Of a stretch of 64,000 bases of DNA, positions 38,781 through 52,859 are shown one piece after another. Positions within the stretch are counted from its first letter, which is position 1. Each line of letters opens with the position of its first letter. The stretch lies in the NCBI GenBank assembly GCA_013239625.1, contig MU055864.1, forward strand, positions 1,516,307-1,580,306, read 5' to 3'. Source of the DNA: Lama guanicoe. Lineage: Eukaryota. The position numbers were made by a program, and so were the translations under genes. The notes below the pieces were generated by a model. The model worked only from the letters and a program-made list of their open reading frames with translations. It was not told the origin of the DNA and ran no database searches.

Positions 38781-40070
38781 ACACGTTTCCTGCTGAAGTT
38801 TGTGGTTGGTTGGTGTATTTTTTTGAAGAAGAGTTTCCAACATAAAAAAGTTACTTTGTGAACTGCCATATCATTGGCTGATTAAATCTTCAATATGGTA
38901 ACTTACAAAAGAACCTGTGACAGTTCAGCTGCTTCCTCTCTCTAATACGTCGTGCTGGCTCTCACCTTCCGTGGTTTGTCTGTTTGTGGTGATACCACAC
39001 CTGGGGAGGGTGGACTGGCTATGACCTCAGTAGTGTCACATATGCAGGGGTCAGCAAATGCTTCGCAGCAGTGAGGGAGTTAAATTTCACAAACTGCTGC
39101 ATTTTATCCAATAGGAAGAGTCTAGAGCCACCTATGCTTTGATGGAAAATATATTGGCAGATTAGATAAAAGGGAGTGCTTTTCACCAGGAGAAGCAGGA
39201 CAGAAGAACCATTTGGAAATAGTCCAAGGCCATTTACCTCAGAGGCATGTATCCCTCATGCAGTCCCTGACTCTGGCAACAGCCGAATGAGGTGGGAGGA
39301 AAAGCTGTGAGTGTGTGCACGTGTGTGCACGTGTGTACAGAGAGAGGCTCCAGAGCATCTCTCGAGTTCATGTGTGTGGGCTGTCTCGTTGCCTGGGGAG
39401 GATGAATACGCGAGACACCAATTTATTGCTTAATTTGTACATATCCAGAGAACTGTTTTCCAAAGTAGTTTCGCCAGTTAATGCTTCTTATGGTGTTAGT
39501 ATCAAGCAACATCTCGGAGTTGCTTTTATTGGTAGTCTGGGGGAAGACTTAATGTTTCTTTCGTAATTAAGGAGAGTACTTTTATGCTGAAGGATAGCTG
39601 AGGGCAAACATTGAGCACACTTGCATTTTATTTGTAGCAGTAACTAGGCTGGTAGGCTGGCTTCTCCCACCCCTCAGTGGTACAGTTGAAGAATGTTTTG
39701 TAACCTTTCTTTATAAAATTGTCGATTCCGTAGCTTTAGGCTGCCCTTTTCTGCTTCTTCCAGAATATTGATTTCACAGTTTAGCTACATGAAAAATTTA
39801 AAGACTTTCTTTCTCTAAATGGAATTCAGAATTTGCTTTGGAAATATTGCTTTGTTTGATATTATTATAGTTGACAGTGTTAATGTGGCCACTAATGACA
39901 TGCTGTGTATTCATTTTAGGTCTTTAAAAATTATGGTTAATATTTTATCACTTTTTTATTAACTTATGTTACAAAAGTGTGGCTTATTATACTGCCTAGA
40001 AAAGTAAAATACCTTATCACTGAGATGGGCTTTTCACATGACACGTTTTGTTTCCTCCTTTTCCGAATAG

Positions 40071-40224
40071 GTGTCCTTTCTCCTAGAATACCTGTCTTCT
40101 TTGTCGCGGCTTCTGCAGTCATGTTTACTGGTAGATCCTGACCTCCTGGTTCAGGACGAGCTTCTGAAATCTCTGATCACAAACGTCATCAGAGTGCTCA
40201 CCATATACATCAAAGATGTGCTAG
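40071..40224 (+). CDS. RTTN: rotatin coding exon (~38), 154 nt, phase 0/1
   Basis: ccgaatag|GTG...CTAG|gtaagt; [51 protein letters not shown]. Confidence 0.96.
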
Positions 40225-42749
40225 GTAAGTTTTCTCTAGTTTAGGGTGAAAGTAAATTATACTGAGGAATAACATCTTACTTTGCACCAGGTGTCCAGAT
40301 CAAAGTCACATCTTGGATTGTTCTTTGCCACTATTTTATAATGTGTTTTATAGTTTGGATATTTTCATTGGTTCCAGGAGGCCATTTGAGGCAAATATGT
40401 AGTATAATAAAGGACCATTCCCCTGTGCTGTCATTTTAAACGAGGGTAAAGTTCTTTAATGTTAGAAAGTACAGTGAGTGTTAGATATTAATTATTCTAA
40501 TGAGCTGTGACCGAGGCCAAATGACCCACTAATCACTCGCAGTAACAAGTATAAGCGAGCCTAGTACATGATATCAGAGGTTCCCTAAGGTCCAAAATTC
40601 TTAAAAAATGTACTCTGATGAAAAGTTGAATATAAAACTTAATAGTAGAGAAAATTAAAACAATGTAGGATGTTTATCAAAATTAAAATGATAATTGTCT
40701 AAACTACTTTATAATGAAGTAATTGACCATCTGCTAATTCTCTTTGCCTGTCAGTTCATTCTTGTTTAGTCCCTTGAATTTATGGATTTGCAGGTTTTAG
40801 GTCTGGTGAGTGAAATGGTTGATTCCCTGCGAAGCCAGGGAATTGGTATCTCATCAGTGATACTCAGTTATCCCAGTGCTGGAGCAGCAGTAATTCCTCA
40901 CATAAAAGCTTCACGAGTGGCAGTGATGTCCTGGTGAAGCTAATTAGGTTACACCATGCGTTCTCTGCAACGGTTGTATCTCCCCACAAGGAGCAGAAAA
41001 TGATTCTTGAGGGAAAGAAGTGAGGGGGGAAAAAACTTAGCTCTTAGAGTGGTTTGTGGGCCTCCAAAGCGCAACTTTACCCCATAAAATCTTATTCATT
41101 AGTGCGTAATTTCTCTTGCTGGGTTTTCTTGGGTATCACTTGGGAAGCATTGACATTGAGCTCCTGGAACGTACACAAGGAATATGCAGGGTCAGTGTTA
41201 AAAAACTGGTGCAAACATGGCTGCGACTAGAAGGCTTTTGACTGATGCTCGATCCCAAAGGCGCATGGCGAGAGGTGCCTGCATCGTAGCTGTCGCTGGC
41301 TGCCTTGTGGACGTGTCATTGATTTTCTTGCTTTGATTTGGGGCTCTACGGATTAAATAACAATGGTGTATGTTTTAATATTTTATTATGTAAAAGTTAT
41401 TTAATCCATCATTAATTATGTCAAGTGCTAAAAAGGCAAAATGTCAACAATATCTGAATGTATTTCTAGCAGGTAGTTAAGCTAAAAGTTACTTTCTCAT
41501 CTCTTTCAAAAGTGAAACATTCACTAATATTTTTTTTAAGAAATTAATTTTTTTTCTGGAAAAATAGTTTTGAATGATCTTACAAAATATTGATTATGTT
41601 TCTGGGGTATATTTATATGATTTGCTAATTTTCATATATAATAGTATACATTTTAATTTACATGTATATATAAATTACGTTAAAATAATCAGGAAACAGT
41701 TACAAAAGCAAATAGCTTTCAATTTTTAGTTTAACTATCAAATATTTTACTTGGCCATCTTAAGCCTGTGCTAAATAAAACTGGTAAGCTTTATACTTAC
41801 TCTTTTCATGGGTAAAGTACAGATATATGGATATTGCATGAACAGATGTATGGTGTCTGTGGGATTAATATTTCATGGGGGCTGTGATCAGGTAACATGT
41901 CTACAAAGACTCCTATAACTGACAAGCTGATAACGACAGAAAGGTTGAGAAGCACCCATGATTGCTACAATTCAGACTCCCTGGAAGATGCCCCTTTCCA
42001 GCCTCACCCTGCCTCATGGGTGCGGAAGAACACTGAGAGGGAAGTCCTGGGTTGCTTGGTGACAGAGTTTGACAGAGCGACGGATAACTGCTGGTGATGT
42101 GGTCATAGACGACAGTCCTAAGATAGCCACTGCCCTCCAGCCCCTGTTTGCCCCGTAGAGACAAGGGAAAGCTGTTCTTAACCTGGAAGGTTAATTGCTG
42201 CAGCCCCAGACACAGGGGCCAAGTGCAGAATCCTCTTAGGGACCAGAGTTTTCCTTGTGGGGCCGTCCTCTTCTTGGTTCCTCAGAGAAGTTTCCTTTGT
42301 TTTCTGCCATGACCTTGGCGTGTTATGTTTTCCCCTTTCACGCCTGCACAAAGCTGCTCGAGGGTATAAGGAAAACAGGAGAAGCTTCACTTGTATAGAA
42401 GTAACTCGAACAATGACGTGTGTTTCCAGTGTGCCCAGTGTGTGGGTCTGAAGCTGTCGCATAATATTCAGTTTGCCACATCTTCTGCATATTGTTGAAT
42501 ATACTTTAATAAGAGGAGGTTGTGTGAGTGCGTATTCATTTATCTATAGCAGGGTGGGTGGAAGAGAGAAATTGTTAAGAAGCAGCGAAAAAGAAAAATG
42601 GAATTTGCATCGTGCTGAATTACATCTGTCTTCATTTGATAAGTACATACCTCTTATTTTAAGTGTAATGAAGTGTCTGGTGAGGTTTATGTCTTAAAAG
42701 GCTTTTTCCTCTTTGGGTTAATAACAAAATGTTTTGATTAATTTTATAG

Positions 42750-42887
42750 ATGCAGAGTTAATATCGGCCTTTTATCAGACATGGACACATTTATTTAACC
42801 TTCTGGCCACACTCCTGAGGAAAGCTGGTCCTGCCTCTTTACCATCTATTACAATGGGCCTGGCCAGGCACTGGGCAGCGGTGATCG
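42750..42887 (+). CDS. RTTN: rotatin coding exon (~39), 138 nt, phase 1/1
   Basis: ttttatag|AT...ATCG|gtaaga; (D)[45 protein letters not shown]. Confidence 0.95.
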
Positions 42888-43921
42888 GTAAGAAGATCAT
42901 CTCACTGGGCTTGGGGTCATCCTGCTAATAAAAATTAAGATAATTATTATTTATGATTTTTATATAATTTATATGTATTCTCTAAAACTAAGTAATTATG
43001 GCATGGTCTTTGAAAGAGGAGCAGGGTACTTGCTTTGAGAAATTTGCAGTGCTCTTGAGGAGCCCAAAAAAATACATTTTAAGAAAATTGAAACCCATTT
43101 CAAAGCACCATAAAAACAAGTAAGGAAAGCCGATAGTGTTATGGAGATGCAGATTGTGGCTATGAGACAGTGAGACAGATTTTCTTCTGTTGGTGTAGAA
43201 ACCAGTCTCTTTCCTTATACATGTGCCCTCTAAGTGTGTAAACCTGCATATATCATATCCTGTTTTCATTATAACTTGGAAAGTTATAATAAAAATAGTG
43301 TCTTGTTTTGAGACATGAGGATTTTCTCATAACCAAGGGTATAGTGTAGTTAATTATTTTTATAAGATGTTTTCCATATACTAGTTGCCTACTAGAATGA
43401 ACAAATGATTTTTAAAAATAACTACTGTCTTAAATTTTTCATAGTCTCTTCTAAATATTAGCATAGCAAGAAGCCTTTTTTGCATAAATGTTTATAAATA
43501 ACATTTATGTTACCTTTTAAACCAGTTAAAATGTATTCAAAATTGAATTCTTCTAAGTTTCCAAATTATCACTAATTCAATCGACTTGTTTTTTCACATT
43601 TTATTTTATCATTTGGTCATTCTGTAAACTTACGTGTATGATAAATTCTATAACCAGAATGATAGTTTTGAAGTAAGATTATGGGGAAATACATGTTCAG
43701 CCAGAAAAGGAATTGTTAGTAATCTGAATATAGGAGTTCTGGGTTAACCCTAAGGGGAATAATGTCCATTTAGAGATTATTATTTTGTTAAAAGAGAAAA
43801 AAATCGATAGAGATTGACCGATGTGATTGGTGTTTTCCTCTGGCATCCAGGGTGAGGGTGCGGGGGGAGTTAGTTTATCCCCTGAACAACCAATAATATA
43901 AAGCAACATGCTTTATGGGGC

Positions 43922-44143
43922 ATATGGGACACCTAGGCCAACGAGTTAAATTTGGCCACTCCTTATTTTGGTAAATAAAATTTTATTGGAACACAGCCAC
44001 ACTCACTCATTTACTTATTGCCTGTGACTGCTTTCCTGCTGCAGTGGCAGAGTTGAATAGTCGTGACAAAGGCATGTGACCTGCAAAGCATGAAATATTT
44101 ATTTATTCTCTGGCCCTTTCCAGAAAAAGTGTGTTGACCCCTG
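43922..44143 (+). mobile_element. MER58A hAT DNA transposon
   Basis: gtaaataaaattttattggaacacagccacactcactcattt...ggcagagttgaatagtcgtgaca...tggccctttccagaaaaagt...gacccctg. Confidence 0.88.
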
Positions 44144-45081
44144 ATTTCAGCCTGTTTACCTGACACTGTTTCCCTAGTCATAACATAAAGAGATATTAAA
44201 TTCAAAATCTGTCTTCAGAATACACACACAGATTTGTATAGTAATGGTGCTAATAAAAAATAACCTACAGCATAAACGGTTAGCTTTGATAATGTTCATG
44301 AAAACACAACTAATAAAAATGATTAATACTCCTTGCTATGGGGTTGTTTGTTTTTGTTTGCTCTTTTGTTTCTCTTATTTTCTATCCCATGTACCCATAC
44401 GCATTTAAAACATATTAAGTCACTTTGTAACATAAGTTATCTATAACCATTTTTTCCACAAATTTGACTAATATTTAAATATCATTTAAATAAATTGAAT
44501 TCCCATGAAACCTGTTGACTACATTATTTTTCTTATGTTACCTAAGAATATAAGAATTTCTACAAGCCTAAATCTAGGTAGAAATCCGTGTGGTTTTAAC
44601 TCTTATGCAAGTATAAATCCAAAATAATATAAAAATGAAATCTTGATAACCCAGAATACAGTTACATTAACTTTTTTTTTAAGATTAGCACTGAAATAAA
44701 AATCTAAACGTTAAAAACTCTAGAGACTTTTTGGGTCCCGTTAGACCCCAGAGGGGTCAATACTCATTTATATATAACCCACTTATTTGGGGTCTTGGCA
44801 GAGAGTGTGTGGATGTGCATTTGTACCCACACACTCGTGTAAGACAGGACCCAGATGAAAAGAACAAAATGAGAACTAAATAGATTCTTCCATCAGTAGG
44901 TTGTCTTAGTGTTGTTTAACTTCCTTTTAAACACTAGGGTTATTCTTGTGCTAAGTGAGCTATTGATGGCTTTACTTCATCAGAAATTAAAAAGCTATAA
45001 ACTTAATTACTCAAATAAATCTGATACACTTTAATTTTGAGGAAATTTTCCGTGTTTATATGTGGAATTATTCTCTTTTAG

Positions 45082-45299
45082 ATACGTTCTGCACATGTGT
45101 GGGTTTGTCTACCACGTGCCCTCCCCTGTATACGGCCAGCCTGCAGTTCCTGTCCATCCTCTTGACTGAAGAAGCAAAAAGGCATCTCCAGGATAAGGAT
45201 AAAACTAGTCTACACCACAGTCCAACGCTGGCTTCACTTCTGGATAAAACGCAGGAGAACCAGGCATCTGTAGAACGACTTAATGAAGTAATTCTTCAG
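45082..45299 (+). CDS. RTTN: rotatin coding exon (~40), 218 nt, phase 1/0
   Basis: cttttag|AT...CTTCAG|gtatgt; (D)[36 protein letters not shown]...ERLNEVILQ. Confidence 0.96.
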
Positions 45300-46654
45300 G
45301 TATGTGATTTCTTGATTTTTTTCAAAATTTGGTTTAGTTTTTAAATGAAATGACTTTCAGTCTTGGTCTTGTAAGTTTTTTTTTAGTCATTTGAGTTAAA
45401 AATTAATGTTCATTATCATCATTTAAATAATAGAAAAGTATATAAAGTTAAATTAACCATCTCCTTTCCAGTTTCATTTCTCTGATGACGACTGGTTTTT
45501 TTTAATGACTATGATTTAAAAATTCAAAATGAAATATTAGTAATCTAAATCCAGCAGTTTAGCAAAATAGTGTGCTGTATTACGACCAGAATGGGCACAT
45601 TTCAGGAAAGTACATTTAATTAATGATTTGTTGCTACTTTCAAGACACGATTACATCTTTGAAATATTTTTACCTAGATGGCATTTGATTTGCATAAATG
45701 AGCTATATATTTAAGGTGGCTACTTGGTTGACACATTTGTAAGAAAATCCCCCCTTTCCAAACCCTGCTGTCTATTTTATCCTATAAACTTATTATTTTC
45801 AGCTCTAGAATTGAACCAAGAATTTTGTTTAATCAAAAACATTCTAAAATCACTGAAATATTGTTATTTTATAAATAGATTAACGAAAAGAACTGGAAGC
45901 ATTTCCTAAGTGGCACAGTGTTCTTACAAATAGGAATATTACTAGATTTCTCCGTGTTAATTCCCTGTTTAATAATCGCATGGCTTTGTAGCTTTCATCC
46001 TCTCGCTGGAAGGGGGGTGAGGGGTGGATGTGCACACTGAAGATCCACTCTGCTATCCGGCAGCCGGCTGCATTCCCCAGATAGAACATTGCTGTTCTGC
46101 CTGCCGACCTGCCGCCGCCCCCTGCTGCCTGGGGTTCGGGGATTTTTGCCCCTTTTCTGCCTGTTGTACGCAGCTTTCTGATGAGACCACTTGTGTGTGT
46201 TGCACGACAGCCTTGATTTCGCTGGGCTGCAGAGGGGGCAGAGGCAGGAGGCTCCCTGGTCCACCCGCAACCGCCTGTGTGGGGAGGGGCCCCGGGCTCC
46301 ACAGGGCACTTCTGTCTCCCTCGCCCAACACATTGTGTTGTCTGCAAAGCACAGAAAAGGAGGCACTCTCCCCTCTGTCTCAGCAGCTCTTCAGAAGCTG
46401 GCTCTCTCGGGGATGAGGTTCTGAAAGCCCTCCTCAGGGTCACTCATTCTTGGGAGGCCGCTGCTTCCCTGTCGCTACTGCCTCCCCCTTTCCCCTCGGC
46501 TCTTCGCTGTTTGGACCCAAATCTGGACAGTGTTTCAGTTCTCTCATTCACCACCAGAACAGCCAGCTTTATTCCCCCAGTGATTAACTGAGTCTGATTT
46601 TGCATTTTAAAAAATAACAATTTAAAAAATATTTAAAAAGTATTTAAAAAATAA

Positions 46655-46949
46655 CAGCTCTCCGTGTCTGGATTCAACCAGAGGTCGAGTGAAAATACTA
46701 AAAAAAATTTTTTCAGAAAGTTCCAAAAAGAAAAACTTGAATTTGCCTCATGCACAGCAACTATTTCTGTAATATTTACATTCTGTTAAGTGTTGTAAGT
46801 AATCTAGAGATGATTTAAAGTATATGGGAGGATGTGTTTAGATTATATGCAAATACTTCCCCGTTTTATATGAGAGACTTGACCATCGGAGATTTTGGAG
46901 TTCACAGGGATCCTGGAACCAGTCCTCTGTGGACGCTGAAGGACAGCTG
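46655..46949 (-). mobile_element. MER2/MER2B Tigger-type MITE
   Basis: taagtaatctagagatgatttaaagtatatgggaggatgtg...ttatatgcaaatac...gacttga...ggatcctggaacca; ends cag...ctg. Confidence 0.88.
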
Positions 46950-48321
46950 GACTGTAAGCAGGAAAACTGAGATTTACAGGAGTTCTTCCCCTTCCTCGAT
47001 CAAAAAGTGTGACTGATTTCCCAGCTTCGGCTTGGGCGGAACGCTGTCCTCCTGGGGAAGGGCCTTCGCTCTTATCAACATGCTTTCCTCGTCGGGGAAT
47101 TTGAATGACCAGGGGAGCCCCACATTGTCTTCTTCCCTCAGTGAGGGGAAGAAAGCCAGAATCCCCGTGGCTCTGGGAGCTTTGACCGCAGCTGTGGCCG
47201 TGGCTTCTGCAGCCAGGTCTCCTGGGCCTGGTGAAACGGCAAGCCGTCCAGCCGGCCCGAGCCAAGGCTGCTTTTCCCTCAGCTCTTTTCTCCTGCTCAT
47301 TAGTGGGACTGTATTTCAAGGAACCAAAATTAGACTTGTGATGAATGTGGGTCCACAGAGGGTTGACGGACCAGATTAAAACAGTGTTTACAGGAAGAGC
47401 TCTGCCACGGGAACTTGCCCTTATTTGTCTCTGATGTTTTGTCTCTAGTGTTCTGCATTTTCCTGATGAAGATCCTAGGTGTGGGTCTCTTTGTTCCTGT
47501 CACACTGGGCTTTCTGTGGGGTTCTTTTCATCTGTAAACTCCTGGTTTTTATGAATGAACAGCGGATGCATTCACAGACCTGAGAATACTGGATTCTAAG
47601 CAGTGAGTGAGGAAAACTGAGTGCACTTCAGTGAGCTGCCTGAGCTGCCACCCGCTGAGGACGTTTGGCACTGCCTGCGCCGGGAAGTGAGTGAAGGAGG
47701 ATTGTGTGAGACATCTCTGAGATCCAGTTTCAGGACGAGATCCTCCCACCACCCACTGAGCTCTGAGCAGCCCAGCCACTCTTCCTCCCTGACCCCTGCA
47801 GGAAACTGGCAGCGCAGTCTTTGGAGACGACGGATTGGAAGGACTCTAAGCTGGCGGAGATCGGGCGCTTTTGTGGCTGGGAGTGTTCTGTTGGAAACAG
47901 ACAGGATTGAGTGAAGTTGTTCCGATTCAATGCTGAGAGCCCAGCTCTCTCCTGTGAAATGCCTGGCGGTGGGCTTTCGCCTCCGGGGTGGGGGTCAAGA
48001 GAGTCTTCTCCAGGGGCGCTCACAAGCCCGAGAAGACGGGCGCAGAGTGGCCCAGCCCCACCCCCCAGCACGGCCCCAGCTCCTCAGAGCATCTCCTGGT
48101 TTTAAACAGAACAGAAAGCTGAGATTACCCGACACCTGACAAAAGCCCCTGTCAAGGAAATAGAAGACAAAATAACGAAAAAAGAAGCAAAGAGACCTTA
48201 TGTAGAAAGAAGAAAGCCTAATAAAGGTTCCAATCATGTCAAATGTGTAAAGGAAATAGACCAAAATACTAGTATTTTCAAAATTACAATTGATTTTTCA
48301 TTTATGTAAGAATCAAATTAA

Positions 48322-48350
48322 ATATATATATATATATTTTTTTTTTTTTT
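48322..48350. repeat. (AT)8 followed by a poly-T run
   Basis: atatatatatatatat then a T run ending at 48350. Confidence 0.9.
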
Positions 48351-48833
48351 GAAAAACATGTCAGATGATGGGTAAATGTTACTATAGAAATGGATGCGAA
48401 GCACCAAGTCACTGGAGGTACAGGGGTACGTTGGGTAGAAATTGAGGGGGGGTATGTCTCAAGAAGAGGGAATGAATTCTCCAGTTCAGCAGGGTCCAAG
48501 GGCCCTTTTAAATAAGTTACATAGGCGTACATATATTGGCTAGTGAATTTGATTAAGTGCATGAACTTGCTATGGGTTAATACTAAATGTAGCTTTATTC
48601 TTTAGATGGTGAGTCTTTGAAAAGATTGTTGGTCTTTTCTGTGTTATAAACCTCTTATTCAGTCCTGTGCACACCGAGCATTCTCAGATCTTAATGATTT
48701 ATCAGATTCTGGTGAATTTCATGGAACAGTTGAAAACTAACAATAGCTTTTAAACAGAATACATCTTTTATTCACAACCATTTTGCTCTAGCTTAAATTT
48801 TGTTGAAGGCAGTTTGCTGTATATTATTCGCAG

Positions 48834-48939
48834 AGCTATGAAGGAAAATCTTCCAAAGATACCCTGAGAAGAGTCGCTGCGAACGCATTGCTGTCGCTTC
48901 TGGCCATCAGCAGAAGAGCACAGAAGCTCGCGCTGAGAG
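48834..48939 (+). CDS. RTTN: rotatin coding exon (~41), 106 nt, phase 0/1
   Basis: attcgcag|AGC...AGAG|gtgagc; [35 protein letters not shown]. Confidence 0.95.
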
Positions 48940-49701
48940 GTGAGCCACGTGACACAGCTGCTGGCTTTATGGCACGTTTTCAATTTGTATGTTTTACTGC
49001 CTGTTCATTTTCATTTTCTTTGGACTCGGAATGTAAAGAAGTTAAAATGTGAGTGTCACTAAAAAAAATACGTTTTTTTCCTCCTACAGAAGAAACATAG
49101 TAAGCATGCATTACGTTTGAAATAAAAAGATTACACATGTAGGTTATTTTTTGTGTAATGATTCTTACTCTAGAGTATCTCTAACTAAACACCAGAGAAG
49201 CTTTAAAAAGTTGCATCTCACTCAGTTTCATAATAATTACATATTAACCACAAGCACATACTGTACACTTGAAGAAACCACATTGTTTTGATAGTAGTAA
49301 CAACTGCATTCGATGATCCTCTGTTTTCATATAAATTCCCCTCTCAAGTGCCATGATTTCTCATCTGGAGTCAGAAATCACAGGTCTTGGAGTTAGAAGA
49401 GAACAGCAACACATCAGGTCTGCTAATGTCAACTGCAATTTGCTGCTGAAACAAATGACACGCCTCCAAACAGGAATTAGCTGTTGGGAGGGTCGAATTG
49501 AGTTGAACACAAGTGGACTTTAGCATTTTAGTTCTCTTACATTTTAATCCCCTGATTCATTCACCTCTCACTGAAAACGCTAAAGTGAAGTTGGTCAGAA
49601 ACAGAAAATGGGTTTTTTTGAGAATTTTATTGATATATGTAGTTTTAACTTACTTAGAACTGGAACATCGTTCTGATCAGTTCAGGCTTTGCCTTTTTCA
49701 G

Positions 49702-49799
49702 CCAGCCTGGTGGACGGCTGCATAGAGCAGATGAAGCACATTCACGCGCAGCTGAACCTGGATTGTCTGAGGCCTGGGAAGGCCGCGCTCAAGAGAAAG
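49702..49799 (+). CDS. RTTN: rotatin coding exon (~42), 98 nt, phase 1/0
   Basis: tttttcag|CC...AGAAAG|gtgact; (A)[32 protein letters not shown]. Confidence 0.95.
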
Positions 49800-50304
49800 G
49801 TGACTGCGAATCTAACATTCTGGCCGCACATAGAGACCATCTCTCCATTGTCCTTGTACTTATCAGTGACACTGATGGTCAGTTGAAATGAGTGCCTGTT
49901 TTAGAAGAAAGTTACAGTCAGGTAGATTAATGGAGTTTCTACCGAATGGAGTTCTTTGTGTGTGTGTCTCAGTTCTCACTTACAGATCTTCTAATGAGAT
50001 TTATAAATTACATATTGTTACAAGCATCTCAGTGTGCCTGATACATTTTTTATACTACAAAAAGGAAATTTTTCTCTCACAGTAAGCATAGGTGCCCTAG
50101 GAGGGAGCTGTAACTTGCCAAATGTTTTCCATATGTCAGGCACCGTTCTAAACGTCTTGTATTTAGCATCCCCTGGGGGCTGCAGGGCTGCTGTTCCCAA
50201 TCGCTGTTTTCTTCCTTCCGTGGCTTCTGAATGTCTCTTTCTAGTATTGAGTCTGCTGGACTCATGTTCAAACTGCATATTCATTGTGAACTTGAAATCA
50301 CAGG

Positions 50305-50755
50305 GTTTTTTTTTAAAAAATGTATTTTATATTGAGATAACGTTGGTTTGTAACATTTCATAAGTTTCGTGTGTACAGCATTATATTTCTACTTATACAC
50401 CACGCTCACCACCAAAAATTTGGTTTCCATCTGCCCCACCCTTCACCCCTTCCCCTCTGTTTTCTGTATCTGTGTGTTTTTGTTTGGTTCGATTTGTTCA
50501 TTTATTTTGTTTCTTTGTCTTTTCTTTGCTTTTTATAGTCCACATGAGTGAAATCACGTAGCATTCATCTTTCTCTGTCTGGGTTATTTAACTTAGTGTA
50601 GTACCCTTAAAGTCCATCCATGTTGTTGGCAAATGTCAAGATTTCACCTTTTTTGTGACTGAGCAATACTCCACTGTATATGTACACATTTTTTTGATCC
50701 ACTCATCAGTCAGTGGTTACTTAGGTTGTTTCCATATCTTGGCTATTGGAAATAA
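50305..50755 (-). mobile_element. laurasiatherian L1 (L1MA9-like) 3' end
   Basis: tccacatgagtgaaatcac...ttctctgtctgggttatttaacttag...gtccatccatgttgtt...ttaggttgtttccatatcttggctatt. Confidence 0.85.
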
Positions 50756-51373
50756 CACAGTTTTGATATAATAGCAGTAGCTAATAATAACTGTGATTAA
50801 AAAGATGTGGCACGCAGGCTCATCAAGAAAATGAATACATGTATGTTATTTATAAATATAAATACATATACACAAATCTAAGACCATTATTGCAGCGATC
50901 TATGTAATAACTCGCTTCTGCTGCATTTAATAAGAAACCGAGAAAAAAGCCTTATTTGCTAATTTCATTGATCCAGGGGCTTGTCTGTCCGTTTCTTTTC
51001 CTGCCTCTTTCCCTTGCCCTCTCTAGGCAGAAGCCGTTTACTTCATCATTGAGAAAGTCAGCCAACTCCTGATACAACTGAAAACCAGTCAGTTACCTGC
51101 TTCACTTTATTGAGATGGAACATGGAGCTTATTATGTATCTCCGTTCCTCCGTGCTTGATAGAACAGAGAGGGCTTTCTCGTGGTGGAGGCGCTTCTGGG
51201 GACCCAGCCATCCTTCCGAGATCATGAGCTTGTCGGTCCACAGAGTTACGGGGGTCAGGCTCAGCGGGAGCACGGTGCAGCGTAATGTGACCCCAGGGAG
51301 GAGGAGGGCCTGTATATCTAAAGTGGAACATGCCGGGGTGTGCACCTTTTTCAACTGCTTTTTATTTAAACAG

Positions 51374-51451
51374 GATGATGGTTTTATTAAAGAGTTAAGC
51401 ATTGCCATGCAGCTCCTGAGAAACTGCCTTTATCAAAATGAAGAATGTAAA
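51374..51451 (+). CDS. RTTN: rotatin coding exon (~43), 78 nt, phase 0/0
   Basis: ttaaacag|GAT...TGTAAA|gtaagt; [26 protein letters not shown]. Confidence 0.96.
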
Positions 51452-52859
51452 GTAAGTAGAGCTTCTTCTCAAAAATGTTGATACCAGTGCTGGCATTAAA
51501 CAGTTTGATTTTTATGTGAGAAAATTGGGAGGGGAAATGGAAAACTCTGAATGTTTTTAGATGCACAGTTGATTGGTCCGTAAGCACAGTGTGGATTCTC
51601 AGAAGTGGATGCATCTAGTCTTGTTGTTCTTCAACCCTGATGACATTTCTTGTTCATGGCAGCATTTTAACTGTACCCCTGCAACTTGGTCTGCAGGCAG
51701 CGCAGGCATACTGGGGCCTCTCTTTCCAATGTTAGCCATTTCAGTTTTTTCACCAAGACGGAATGAATGGCTGTGTATGTCTGCTAAGGCAGGATTTTTT
51801 TCAAAGGCAGTTGTCAGACAACTGTCCAAGGGAATAAGTGGAACTGTCTGTATCCATAAGGACGAAGATGGGTGTGTCTCCTGCTTCAGAGGAGTGTTGC
51901 ATGTGGGCCTGTGGACGTCAGGGAGGCTGTTCACTGCCAGCTCTGCTGGCACCGTCTGCCCCTGGCCTCGGCCACTCTGTCGGGGAACCAGGGAGACGTT
52001 CTGCTCTGTCTGTGGGCATAGACGCTGTCATTTAACACAGTGCTTGGTGCTGTTACACAGGACACAGCGTCTTGAACTCTTTGATTTGCTTTGTCATAGG
52101 GGTATGGCACTTTTGAAGCACTAGCTTTTGCACAGAATACTATGAGAAATGAGGAAGATACATAAATTATGGAAGCTTTCTTTTTAAAAGAAATTTCTTA
52201 TCTTTTTTGCTTTTGTGCTGAAACTGGAAAAAGTGTACTGTATCTGGAAAATGAACATCTTGAACGCATATTCCTTAAACTGTATAAAGTAGTTTGTTCA
52301 AGACACATGACAAACAACTTTACATTTCAAAACAATTTGATTGGAATTAAGTATTGATATATTTCACTAAAAATTCCCAATGTATGAACTTTTTACTTCA
52401 AATAGAGGGTCCTTGACTAAATTTGTGATCCCGAGTGCTAAACAGCATTGTCGTGGCTGCAGCAGCCAGTGCTCGCCCGCAGCGCCTCGCTCAGGGAGCG
52501 CTCGGGCCGACTTCCAGGTAGGGTCTGCCTGTGAATTTACGAGATGCTCACCTGTACTGGATGGAAACGCGATGTCCCCATTTGTAACACGTTAGCCAGT
52601 TATGAAAGTGTGCTCTCTCAATAAGCCAAAGCATTTCTGCGTTTCTTGATTGCTTAGTAAGGAATAAATTCAAAGAATAGGTACTCCTGAGTATAAATAT
52701 AGTCCTACAGGATTCTTAATTTCTTTCCCTGTTCCACCTTACCTGAGGTGTACAACATACTCTCATTGCTAATTGTTAGTCACTCCTGGTGATTGACCAA
52801 GTCACCCCCACCCCCCACCCGCACCCCGGTGTCTGTGTGTGACACTGAGGAGCTCTCAC

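Noticed and set aside
46160-46230. CTGATGA hammerhead-like core (also near 14784 and 37874)
   Set aside because: No stem II closed by GAAA and no stem I/III pairing.
45880-46591. Stack of 77-187 aa ORFs on both strands
   Set aside because: GC-rich stop-poor intron sequence; no recognisable domain and no consistent frame.
47338-47434. GTGATGA...CTGA spaced like a C/D snoRNA
   Set aside because: No convincing terminal stem or recognisable rRNA/snRNA guide, and the 3' part runs into an L1-like fragment.
51573-52124. 183-aa ORF
   Set aside because: Non-ATG start, no recognisable protein, and the RTTN exon chain is complete without it.
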